A stretch of DNA of 64,000 nt from Hormiphora californensis (taxonomy: Eukaryota > Animalia > Ctenophora): assembly GCA_020137815.1 (NCBI GenBank), contig CM035351.1, forward strand, positions 6,386,001 through 6,450,000, written 5' to 3'. Under the pieces are notes generated by a model, which saw only the letters and a list, made by a program, of their open reading frames with translations, searched no databases and was not told the DNA's origin. The translations under genes and the position numbers were made by a program. Positions 41,552 through 53,135 of this stretch are shown piece after piece (position 1 is the first letter of the stretch; each line of letters opens with the position of its first letter).

Positions 41552-42132
41552 TCCCTCTCTCTCTCCCTCTCTCCATCATTTTATGATCACTTACCATGCA
41601 TTGGGACTTCACAAATTCCATTGGGCACACCGCACACAGACAAACGGTAAACACGCGACATACTGCAGTTGCAGCAGCCATCGAAAATATGTTTCCTACT
41701 TCAAATGATGGCGTACCCTGATATTTAACTATTTAGGTTGTATGGTGATCCAAATTCTAGTTCCACATTACTTCCCTTTAGCATGATACTTGATAATAGT
41801 TATTCCTATACTACCACTACAGCTGCAGCACTGTTACTAGGAAGCTGGGATTATTGAGCACGGAAGGAAGAACTATTACTGCAGTAGACCTTAGCAAAAG
41901 AACGAGCAAAGGGAAGCACAGTATGATCAATATAATATATGAGTGAGTGAGAGAGAGATGAGAGTTGGGGGACTAAATAAACAACCTCCTGTCACGTTGC
42001 CTTGTTCGACCCTCCCTCCCCGCGCCCCGGTTTGAACAAAACAACTGTCACGTCGGTATGAAGCTAAAACAAATCCTTATCCAAACATCCCCGGCTCCAA
42101 TCCACTTCCAACAACTAACTCTCTCTCCCTTT

Positions 42133-42192
<60 letters not shown>

Positions 42193-45100
42193 GCTCCCTC
42201 ACTCACTCTCCCTAATCTCTCTCTAGCTCACTCCCTCTCACTCACTCTCTCTCTCCCTCTCACTCTCTCTCTCCCCTAACATAGAGCCAGGGTGAGGGTG
42301 TAATTTTATCCCTACATCACGTGACTCTAGAGTCGCCCAATGGAACCCTCGTCATGGCAACACGTGCCTCGCAGGGACAGTCACGTGATATGATTTGGAG
42401 GACTCTGATTGGTTGGTAGGATGCCACGTGATGTTATTGGATAGAATTAAGGAATCCGAAAAGGGGTCCTCAATCCTCATTCTCAACTGCAGGAGGAAAG
42501 AAGGGGGAGGGGATATTATATATTCGAGGTAATAGAGTGAGTAAAAATGATCAAAACTCTCTCCCCCTATCTGGGTTCCATGGAACAATAAATAATCAAC
42601 TTCCCGCCCACTCTAGCTTTTTCTAACCCATCTCTCTCCGCTCGGATGCTCACTTTACTCACATCCATCACAATATTCTTCTACTCCCGCCTTGGACAAC
42701 ACAAAAACTGCTAATTCTATTCTCTCTAGGGACTCTGATGTAAATTTGGAAACGGGGCCGGAAACAGGGGACCCTGGTACAAACATCAAAAAGTGGAAAC
42801 AAAAAAACACCAAAAACAAAAAAGGAAGCTGTTTATTTTCCAATTCTCGTGTTTACATTGTACCAATTCTAGAAACATGCACCCGTGTTGGGTTACTGAT
42901 TGAGTGCTATTCAATTGATTAGTAATTGCTTACCGTTGAAGGTACTTGCTCAACTTGTGGTCGGGCCTCTTTCTTCCTGATGGTCGGTTTTGTTGCAGTA
43001 GAAGGGGGTAGATACGAGCCGTCGACGAGTCACAACATACCTAGGCATTTTACAGGGATTGGTAATTGAGGGGAGATGAGATAGAGAGAGAGGGACGAGA
43101 GAAGGATCAAGGGGGAGAGATGGAGGGGGTGAGGAGAGAGGGAGGGGAGAGGGGTGGTAGACATAAGACGTCGACGAGTCACAACCTGGGCGGCATGGGT
43201 TGAAAATCAAGAAGTCAAGAGAGGGGCTGGGAGATAAAGGGGTGTTCGGTGGAGGGAAAGGTGAAGAGGAGAGGCAGGGGTAAGGAGAGAAAGAGGGAAA
43301 TGAAAGGGACCAGGGCAAATAATACAGGGCTAAACTCAATTTTCCGCAAAAAACCAACAACATATTTTGTGGTAATCAACGCCCACTAGCCTTTGTCATT
43401 TAGCCTTGTGGACCACTGCTGCAACAATCAAACGTATCTAGTGTCTCAAAAGTTAAAATGAATCTTCTGCACCCCAATAATTCAATTTGGCATCTCCTAC
43501 TATGAGTCATAGCTTTTTCACTTTCGTGTTTTGGTTATGACACTGGACAGCATATATATAGCTACATAGCGGCCACAGAGATCCCCTGATAAAATGTCTA
43601 CATGGATAGCAATTTGATCAAATGACACACACACAGTCACATCAACGCACTAACAATCTAATAAGACTTGGAAAACACTATAAAATGTTACATTTTACCC
43701 TCGTCGCTTAGCAGCCCATATCGGCACCAGCCTTAGCGTGGACACCAGTTCAACATAGCACAGCGCAGACCAGAACTCCCCACCTCAAGACATCCTGCTG
43801 TATAGAGGCTACAACAAAATCAAGAGCTTGAGCACCCATTCCACATTACATTCACACTTCACATCTCACACTTCACATCTCCACCCCCTATTGGTTGAAA
43901 ACGGGTCACATTGAATGTCACAAACACGTTTTAACCACTGACAGGAACTCTTAATGAAGCCTATCATGGTATGTATAAAAAGAAACGACCCTCATTCAAT
44001 CATGGAGCTGAGTCACGCTCGGTGATGATCATCACTCAATCCTGTAGACCCCTCTGTTCGTTACCAGGGAACAATTTACGGGGTGTCAAGCCTCTTCGTG
44101 TTTTTTGTAGCCCTCTATAGCGGCTCGGGAGCTGGATTACAGACTCGCGCCACTGAGCCCGCTGAGGGAAAGAGAAAGGAGAGCGGTTGATTCTGTTCTC
44201 TCTCACTCCAGATTATTCCAAATATGGGATAATTCACAACACCCTACCTCACTACTCCCTGCTCTGGTTACAGCTAGCACATACAAACAAGGAAGCCACA
44301 CAACTTCACTATTATACACGGGCTGGCAAGGGCCCGGGGTACCCCTCTTGTGTGCTGACTGCTGACAAGGCCCGGGGTGGCAGGGTACCCCTATTGTGTG
44401 CTGGCAAGGGCCCGGGGTACCCCTCTTGTGTGCTGGCAAGGGCCCGGGGGTACCCCTCTTGTGTGCAGGCAAGGGCCTCTTTCATCACTCCATCCATCCT
44501 CCTCCATTACATTGTTCCTCTTTCATCACCATCCTGTCAGATGCTGTATAGAAAGACCTATCTATTTACTGGGGGAGTGTGTGTTGATGAGGGCTATGGA
44601 AATGTATCAGATCACCTGGCAGATAACCCTGATTATTGCCTCCTTCATCCCTGCTGGGACACCACTCAAACCAGGTATAATAATTAGGGGGAGGGGAAGT
44701 ATGAAGGGGGGGGGGGGGGTTGTGGGGGGTATATGATGGGGTGGGGAGGTAGATACTGGGTGGGTTGGGGAGCACTGTTTGGAGCTGCCACATAAGGTTC
44801 TGAACATCACCTACTGTGTATATCTCCAGGTTCTGTGTTTGTAATGGCTCGTCTGAGTGTGACAATTGAGACTAATTTACCCCAAGTACCACTTACTGAC
44901 GACTACTGGTCTCATGGACTTTTACCAATATATTCTATGGGACTGTACGGTTAATAGTCCTTATCTCGACAGAGAACTACCCAGATGTACTACGTGAGTC
45001 TATAAACACTAATTTCAATATAGCGGAATGGAATTAGTTTGGAGATATAGGGCCTGGATCTATCGACATATCAACAGTAAATAGATACTAGCACCCGCTA

Positions 45101-48100
45101 TGTCGTTGTGACAACCCTCCCCCATCACCCTAAACGGCTGCCCCTACACCCACAGTAGCCTGCGACAAGGAGAGAGTGGATTATGTCAACTTGATTTACT
45201 TCGTTGCCTATATCTTCATTGGATTATTCCTCCTCACCTCCGTACTCCTGGCTGTCATTGTGGAGTTCTGGCTCGTCGTCACCTGGGGGGGCAGGAAAAT
45301 ACGTGTGATGACCTGGTTAGAAGGTGAAAGGAACGGCTGGGAATCACCAAAGCATTCACTTGGAATCGAGATATCAACAGTTGATATAGTGGCTGGTGAG
45401 TTTGCTAGATTACAACAGTGTGCCGGTGGATTGGATGGAGGGTCGATCAAGGACAAGGTGACTGCTCTGTTATCTCTAAAGCCACCCTTTCGAAAAAGGA
45501 AGCTGAGGTAATTGGTTTGTGTGGTAGATTATAACCACACACCTCAAATTGGACAGGTCGACTACCAATGCAAGGAGGGAAATTGTTGGAGGTTGACCCA
45601 GTGGATACTCCTTCTGAAGAAGGATTTCACCCGTGTACAGAGCAGGTTCATGTTCCAGCTACTAGATTGGGAGGATAAGAAATATCTTGATGTCCTGGAC
45701 TTCCTTCACATCACCGAGCTACTCAAGTTGGATCTCAAACTACGGGGACAAAACCTGGATTTCCACCAGAGTAGCTGGATCAAATTCGCTAGGTATGGGT
45801 CTACTCTTTTCCCATTCCATAACACTTCCACTTCCACGTCATAGAGGCTGTATCAGCCCCGTACCACTTCTACTACCCAGTACCCAGTGTTCCTACTCCA
45901 ACTAAAGCTTTATAAATATTCCAGGAAGGTGACCAATTTCCGGTATAAGTTCTCCTGCCGAGGTCGAATTAAGGAGCGGACCCTGAGCCTGTCAGTGCTG
46001 GCATTCTATGTTGTAATGCTACACACTCTCATAGCAGCAGTGTGCACTCTCGGTATTTCAGAGTCCAGCAAGGTATTATACTTCTAGGTTGAACTATTCC
46101 TTGTTTTTAACCAAAGGGGGGAGACAAAAAGAGCGTGTGAAGATCTCTACGGTACTGTCCGGCGGCACCAGACCCAATTTTCTACTGTTGGTGTCGCCAG
46201 ACAGCTAGGGTACTACTACGGGACTACTACTGACATCACCCCACCCGTCTTCAGACGATACTATGGTTGTGCAACAGTGTCCTGATGACTCTAATCGTAC
46301 TAGAACAGCTGACAAGGGTCCTGGTGTCGGGACGGGGCTACCTGTCCGTACTGAATAACAGATGGGAGGTGGTGACAGTCACTATCGCATTCCTCTCAAT
46401 GCTAACATACTGGATACTGTAAGATATTGATTGTCTTTTTCATATCCTCTAAATCGGGGTCCGACTGTACCTGTAAGAATTTTCTGTGCACTCTCTTATC
46501 AACTTATTCAGACGTGAAGAATTGTAATATGGGTCTGTAATATGACGTGTTCTCTATAACCCCCTTCATACCCCCTTCATATACACCCCTCCTACAGGAA
46601 GGTAGTTATAGCGAGTGAGCATAAGGCGGTGGAGGTGTTTCATGTGACCTGGGTACTAGGGCTAATCCTCCGACCCAGCATCCTGGGGAACATACTGGTC
46701 TTCTTCTACCAGGTATCACACCAGTCACCACTCACACCACTGATGTAATCACACTGCAGACACACTGTAACAGTTATCTCAGACAACATTATCCTCTACC
46801 TTGACAGAAAGGATTGATTCACCACCATCCTATTATCAGGTTACCTATGTCATAGCGGAGCTGTTTCTGTTTATTATAATCATTGTCTACGTGTTTCTGG
46901 GTATCGGTCTAGAGCTCTTCTCGATCATGTCCGATGGAGTCGATGACTACTTCGAGGTCTTCCAGTGTGGTGCGGTGAGTAATAGAAGAATAATGAGAAC
47001 TAGAGCAGTAAGAATTAGAGCAGTAGGTACATACATGTTATCTTGCCATGCCGGATCTTTTGATTCCTTAGAGGCTAGAGCTGTCTAAATCCAGATACAA
47101 TGAACTAACAACTCTCCTACCCCCCCCCCCCCTACACAGGGATTCAAGAATGCAGGCTGTGGTTTATTCACCCTATTCCAACTGATCACCTCCTCAAACT
47201 GGCACGATGTCATGAACTCAGTTGAAAAGGCCAGTGGATATTGGGCCTACCTCTACTTCTGTATCTACTACTTCGTGATCAACATGGTGTTACTGGATTT
47301 AACCATTGCCATGACAATAGAAATGTACAATGCGATCAGTAACAAGTATTTTAATATCAAGGAGGATGGAGAGGATGATCAGGGGATATACTTTGCGGTA
47401 AGAGAGGTGGTGGTACAGGGTGGGTGTGTGGTAAAAGAAGTGGTATGATTTGTTGTAGCAGAGTTCTGCAATCTGAACACTGAACAGCTCACAACCACCC
47501 CTCCTATAACAGCTGCACAGCTCACAATGACCTCCCCTCCTTTATCCCAGGTTGATGATAAGCCAGGTCGTGCAATCTTCACCCACCAGATGTTCAATGC
47601 AGGGGGAGCCAGGTCAAGGAGAAACACCCAGACTCAGAAGGTCTTGCAGGTACGGAGAAGCATCTGATCCTAAACTTCTTTTTTTAGACCATCCTAATCT
47701 TGATAAAAAAACCCTGCTCCTTCACCCCATCTGCCTCTGATCAACCTCCCCCATTCCCTCTGATTCAGGTGACCCATCCCCACCCCGTCTCCAGTCTCCA
47801 CCCCATCACCCTCCCCCACTCTGATTCAGGTGACCCATCACCCCACTCTGATTCAGGTGACCCATCACCCCACTCTGATTCAGGTGATTAGGAGTACGTC
47901 AGGTAACTGGAGGCAGAGTGTGGTGAGTGCCAACAACATGATCATAGCCAGTAGTGATCTGGACAAGATCCAGGCAGCCATTGAGAAGGAGAAGGTGGGA
48001 CACGGCGCTGACAAGGGACAACTCTACCTGGGGGACGGGAAGGATGATGCAATTAATGTCAAGGTGCTCATGGATGAAAAGGTACGTAACTCTGAACATG

Positions 48101-50970
48101 AATCCAAGACAGGGTCTGGAGTCACTGAGTGTATCAAAGAGCTCGAGAGGGTGTTTGAAAGCGATATAACCTCGATTATACAGTGGGACCCTGATTTACC
48201 GGGATGCTTGGAAGACAGTTTTCCCGGTAAATTTGAGTGTCCAGTAAATCGAGACTCGATAAATCGGGGTCTAACTATACACACCAACCTTTCCTAGGTG
48301 CACGAGTCTAAGAATCTGGATAAACCGGAGTGTATTCTGTACCTGTGGGCTCCAGTAGTGGATCACACAAAATCTAAAGTTGGGGAACTGGTGATGGAAA
48401 TCAAGGACCATCATTCCCATGATGCCACTATCAAGATCAACCTTAACACCGATATGTAGGGCTATTTGTATCTTGTTATCTATCATTCATCCCTTCCCAG
48501 CTGGATAATACACATCTCATATTATACAAAGCCAGCATAACTACCCTTTCCCTAACCAAGATTCCAGTCCCTACAACTCCATTCCCCCGCTCATCCGAGT
48601 CACATCTATTTACCCTACAACTCCCCCCCCCCGCCCAGGGAGCCACTATTTACTCTACAACTCTCTAATTTCCCCCGCTCAGGGAGCCACTATTTGCCGA
48701 GGTAGTGAACATGTCCAACACTACGGACTGCTTCTTCACCAACATGATAACTTTCTCCCGGGCCCGAGACGACCCAGACTGGAAGTGGCACGGTGTGCAC
48801 AGACAACCGTGGAGCATTAGGAAACAACAGAGGATCCATCTGAGGAATGATAACATCAGTGTGATTATCCCCCTCGTTGGGCCGGGAGATGAGGATAAGG
48901 AGGGCAGGGATTTAGCTGACTTTGGAACTGAAAATCTTCTGATCGCTCAGATAACAGGGTACCAGGTAGGTGCAATATACCAGGTTCAGTGTGTCAGCTG
49001 TGAGTATACCACACACATAAAACAGAAGGGGTGTCGTGGGAAATCCATTCAAAATATATTTACATTTGAAACAAAAGATTAACCGAGCCAGGGAAACTCA
49101 AAACGAGTTCCCCTCTGTTAGAAAGCCAGGAAGAGGTGGGATGCGAAACAGGAAGATATCAAGCATCTGAAGACCAAGTTTACAGATGTTTCCTACTTAC
49201 TAGAAAATAATGCCTACCGGATATTCAAAGCAACCCGACAATGGTTAGTACACTTGTCTCTTCCCGGCTGTCTGGCAGCTCCCCAACCCCGTTATGACAG
49301 TTTCTAAGCTTCTTATTCCTTCTCTTTTCACAACCAACCCCCTTCCAGGTCTACAGAATCCCGACTGAGGCTAGATGCAGAAGGGACGACTAGCGAGTCA
49401 AATGAGAGTGAGGGTAGCAAAGCGAAGGAGAAGGAGGAAGAAGGAGGGCAGGTGTATGTTATTAAATCTGAGAACAATACAGATCCCAGGGATACCAACC
49501 ATGCCAAGAGACGGTGGGATACCATCACCAGAAATGAACTTAGCAAGGTAGGATACTTGAATTGTACAAGACTCTTATCAAGAGAAGGATTACCTCTCTT
49601 TCAGTAGGAAACAAAAATAACCTTCATCATCTGTTTCGCGGCACCTGATCACTTTTCGATTCTCAAAACAGTGCGCTCAGATTGAGATCGTGTCGTCGCC
49701 GCCCGAAAGTTCATTATTGCACCACACTTCTAAACCACCCTGATATCCCTCAGACTGCCCGAGCTATTTGGAGCAGTTCGGGAAAGAAACCAGCCCCACT
49801 AGTCCGTAACAAGACCCTTAGTCAGCTAATGATGGGAAACAATCCAACAGATAACATTAGGTAATATATCAGAGCTCCCATGGTTACCATCTAGTTACCA
49901 TGGTTACCATGGTTACAACCAGATTCGGATTTCCATTGTCCAACTAAACATTACCCAGGAAGCTGAAAGATCTGGCACAGAAGGATTCTGAGAAAACAAG
50001 GATAAGGAAGGCGTTCAGCAAATCTCCATCTCCTTCTCTATCCAGTATAGAAAGCAAGAAATCAAGGAGCAAGAGCAGGGGCAAGAGTAAGAAGAGCGAC
50101 TCAGAAGATGAGTCTTCAGAAGATGATGATGATGAGGCTAGTGAATCTAAATCCAATACCCGTGATACCCCTGGAAGTGTGAAGAAGCTGATCGAGTCTG
50201 TGTATGGCAGTAAGGACTCCCTATCTCTCGATCTATTGGCTATTCCTGATGGAGCCAGAAGAAGGAAGAGTTCTGCTTCCTCTATCATCAGCTCTAGCTG
50301 TCTACCGAGTAAGTGTTGTGTACATACCAAGGTAGTGAGTACGTGTGTGACCGTGCAATAAAATAATCTCAAGTTGGGATTCCCAACGCAACCTTTCCAA
50401 CCAAAAATAATCAAAATCCTCCAAGTACCACTACCATCACTAATCTCTTGGAGTCCATGCCCTTTCCAAAACAACCCAAAATCCGCCCCAGCCTCTCCTA
50501 CCCCCGTTTCTTACAGTTTCAGAGAAGAGTAGTAGTGATGGTGAGGAAGAGGACCCCAGGAGAAGTGCGGTGTCTCCCATGAAGGACCTGGTGAACTCAG
50601 TCCGGGCAAAGATGACCAATCCCCTGAAGTTCCAGATGACGGTAACAGATCCAGAGGGAGAACAACTGACACCACCTGATGATAAATCGGAGAGAGGTAA
50701 GAAATAGGGGTAGGGAGAGAGACATGTGAAGAAGGGTTGGTGGAGAGAGGTAAGTAAAGGGGAAGGGGAGAGAGAGAGAGTAGTTGGATCACGAGGGTGG
50801 ATACTGGATGGGTAGGTAGAGACAGCACTGGGTGGGTTGACAAAACCAAACTAATCAAAACCACTCACCTAGACAAACCTCGGAGGTCCGTTGGGTCCAT
50901 AGGAAGTGAAGATACCGATAAACTAATAGAAGTCCGTCGTGGTTCGTCTCCAGCTCGACTTGAAGGATAG
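37370..50970 (+). CDS. Two-pore channel-like (2x6TM) protein TPC-B with long C-terminal tail
   Basis: Exons 37370-37403, 39735-39885, 40237-40462, 40587-40660, 40856-40934, 41038-41193, 44541-44674, 44830-44993, 45156-~45395, ~45556-45792, 45925-46072, 46255-46418, 46598-46712, 46840-46974, 47140-47397, 47551-47649, 47884-48081, 48298-48455, 48683-48965, 49122-49243, 49349-49547, 49754-49860, 49959-50308, 50517-50696, 50873-50970. Motifs: AACYVEDAIDGR, LIFLEP, S4 IRFSRPFRP, pore 1 ISTENYPDV, EF-hand-like linker, pore 2 ITSSNWHDV. Local frameshifts in 44860-45600. Confidence 0.88.
37459..38038 (+). mobile_element. Mutator-like non-autonomous element with internal TTAGGG-like repeats
   Basis: TIR GGTG(T/G)GCGGACTCTAGTGCTA. 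9-bp TSD AGTAACCAA at 37450-37458 and 38039-38047. Confidence 0.85.
38040..39320. repeat. 22-bp minisatellite (TCACCATAGTAACCATGTCGTG) interrupted by a Mutator-like copy
   Basis: Read directly at 38040-38626 and 39203-39320. Confidence 0.9.
38627..39202 (-). mobile_element. Second Mutator-like copy, inverted
   Basis: Near-identical reverse complement of 37459-38038, with its own 9-bp TSD CACCATAGT (38618-38626 / 39203-39211). Confidence 0.85.
39377..39452. mobile_element. Tiny hAT-like MITE (CTGTC.G.CGG.GCCAGA family)
   Basis: 8-bp TSD TGTGTAAC. Relatives at 46155-46204 and 51486-51536 have TSDs matching at 7 of 8 positions. Confidence 0.7.
44322..44480. repeat. ~32-bp tandem repeat in a TPC-B intron
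   Basis: TGTGTGCTGGCAAGGGCCCGGGGTACCCCTC occurs about 4 times. Confidence 0.85.
48181..48277. mobile_element. Degenerate pogo/Tc1-type MITE in a TPC-B intron
   Basis: CAGTGGGACCCTGATTTACCG ... TAAATCGGGGTCTAACTA with TA flanks. A half-copy lies at ~46450-46469. Confidence 0.7.
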
Positions 50971-51126
50971 TGCAGCTCTCTCTCTCTCTCTCTCTCTCTC
51001 GATAATCAAAAGACTGGAAAACAGAGGGTTGTTTAACTATGGTAGGGTTGAGTTGTTAGTTGAGATTGATAGTAAGCTGTAAACCCATACTGTATTTTGA
51101 TATGTTTTGCAATTTTCTGGCTCTCG

Positions 51127-51245
51127 GCCTCCCTTGCACCTCCGGAGATCTCCCGGAGACGTCCCCAGGAGATCTCCCAGAGGCGTCCCAGCTGGGGGAT
51201 AATAATAGATAAACCACCGGGAGATCACCGGAAGTGCAAGGGAGG
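51127..51245. repeat. ~29-bp inverted repeat (hairpin/MITE)
   Basis: CCTCCCTTGCACCTCCGGAGATCTCCCGG / CCGGGAGATCACCGGAAGTGCAAGGGAGG. Confidence 0.7.
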
Positions 51246-51668
51246 TCGCCTGTTTTACTCTCACTGATTACTGTTTACTAAAATTGTATTCTGGATTTCT
51301 AATCGTATTTGTAAATGTCGTTTTGGTAAGAATTGAAGTTATTTTTGTAATTTTAGTGGGTTTACATCTTCTTTCTAACTGAATTTCTGTTTGTTTGTCA
51401 TTCGTAACAAAATTTAATCAACACTGTACAATAACACACTGATGACATGCTCACAAATAATACACGACACACTCACACACGCACTCTGTCCGGCGGTGCC
51501 AGATCCCGATTTGGTGGGATCCACGGCGCCAGACAGCACACACTCTCTCTCACTAAAATAATTCACTGTCTCTGTTTCGTTTTATTCTGGTCTTCACACG
51601 TCGACCAGTTTGTAATATCAAGTCCTGTGGCAACAACTAGGATCTCGCACACAAATTAGACTGCTCTT

Positions 51669-53135
51669 TCATACTACTAAAACCATGGTCACCATGGTAA
51701 CCACTAAAGGCACTAAGGAGTATAGTCCAGCAGCATCAGAAGCCCTTTCACCCCCATTACACAGACTAGACATGCACCGGGTACAGTCCCGAGGGTAATC
51801 CAGGGAGCAGCTCCCACATCCCGCATAGACCCGGGTAACATTGCTCCGTATAGAGGTGTAGCGATAACACTGGCCACTCAAACACGAGACTGTCGTACGG
51901 CACTGTCCATCTGTCCCCTCGCAAGCGTAACACTTAGATGTACCTATAGAAAATGGGGTGATGAGGGAAATGGGTATGGGAGATAAGTGGGGATAAGTAA
52001 GGGATATGAGAGGAACAAGGTGGGTAGGGAACGGGGGATAAAGATGAGGTAGAGATAGAAACAGAACTAGACGGTTTAGAGACTTCTCTTCGCCTCCCAA
52101 ACACGGTCTAGAGGGGAGGAACCAGATCAGGTCAACACAAAGGGACCTAGAGACTCTAAAGTGTTTTGTCAGCCAAGACCATCGGAAACATACATGGGAT
52201 TGCGTGTGACCAAAGTAGAGTTACCTGTACTTTCGGGGCCAAACTAGAGTTACCTGTACTCTCGGGGTCAGTAGAGTTACCTGTACTCTCGGGGTCAGTA
52301 GAGTTACCTGTACTCTCGGGGTCAGTAGAGTTACCTGTACTCTCGGGGTCAGTAGAGTTACCTGTACTCTCGGGGTCAGTAGAGTTACCTGTACTTTCGG
52401 GGCCAGTAGAGTTACCTGTACTCTCGGGGTCAGTAGAGTTACCTGTACTCTCGGGGTCAGTAGAGTTACCTGTACTTTTGGGGTCAGTAGAGTTACCTGT
52501 ACTCTCGGGGTCAGTAGAGTTACCTGTACTCTCGGGGTCAGTAGAGTTACCTGTACTCTCGGGGTCAGTAGATTTACCTGTACTCTCGGGGTCAGTAGAG
52601 TTACCTGTACTCTCGGGGTCAGTAGAGTTACCTGTACTCTCGGGGTCAGTAGAGTTACCTGTACTCTCGGGGTCAGTAGAGTTACCTGTACTTTCGGGGC
52701 CAGTAGAGTTACCTGTACTCTCGGGGTCAGTAGAGTTGCCTGTACTCTCGGGGTCAGTAGAGTTACCTGTACTTTCGGGGCCAGTAGAGTTACCTGTACT
52801 CTCGGGGTCAGTAGAGTTACCTGTACTTTCGGGGTCAGTAGAGTTACCTGTACTCTCGGGGTCAGTAGAGTTACCTGTACTCTCGGGGTCAGTAGAGTTA
52901 CCTGTACTTTCGGGGCCAGATCCTTCATCGTGCTCGTTCTGTTTGTATGCCACACTACCCGTTACTGAAGAGAGATCAGGGGGTTAGGAATGGTTTTAAC
53001 ATAACAATTTATTGTAATTGCCGACCCAAAGCTTGGCACACTGGATCATGAATATATGAATGGTGTCGAAGTGCTGCTATATCTATTACCTAAAAAGAGA
53101 GCCACCACCATGGCGTTGAGATGTAACCTGGCCAT
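51669..53135 (-). CDS. GPI-anchored Ly6/uPAR (three-finger) protein
   Basis: Exon 53090-53135 encodes signal peptide MARLHLNAMVVALFL. Exon 2 starts at 52964 and ends at any donor from 52902 to 52254. Exon 51669-51943 encodes CYAC...C..C..CY...GC..C...C..C....CN followed by a hydrophobic GPI-type tail. All junctions are phase 1. Confidence 0.88.
52218..52918 (-). repeat. 27-bp tandem array, each unit carrying an ACAG|GTAACT donor and encoding DPESTGNST
   Basis: 25 units at exact 27-nt spacing (52250-52898) plus one at 29-nt spacing. Confidence 0.95.

Noticed and set aside
52166-52987. Plus-strand (VELPVLSGS)n ORF and minus-strand (VQVTLLTPR)n ORF
   Set aside because: Only the DPESTGNST frame is in phase with the signal-peptide and LU exons.
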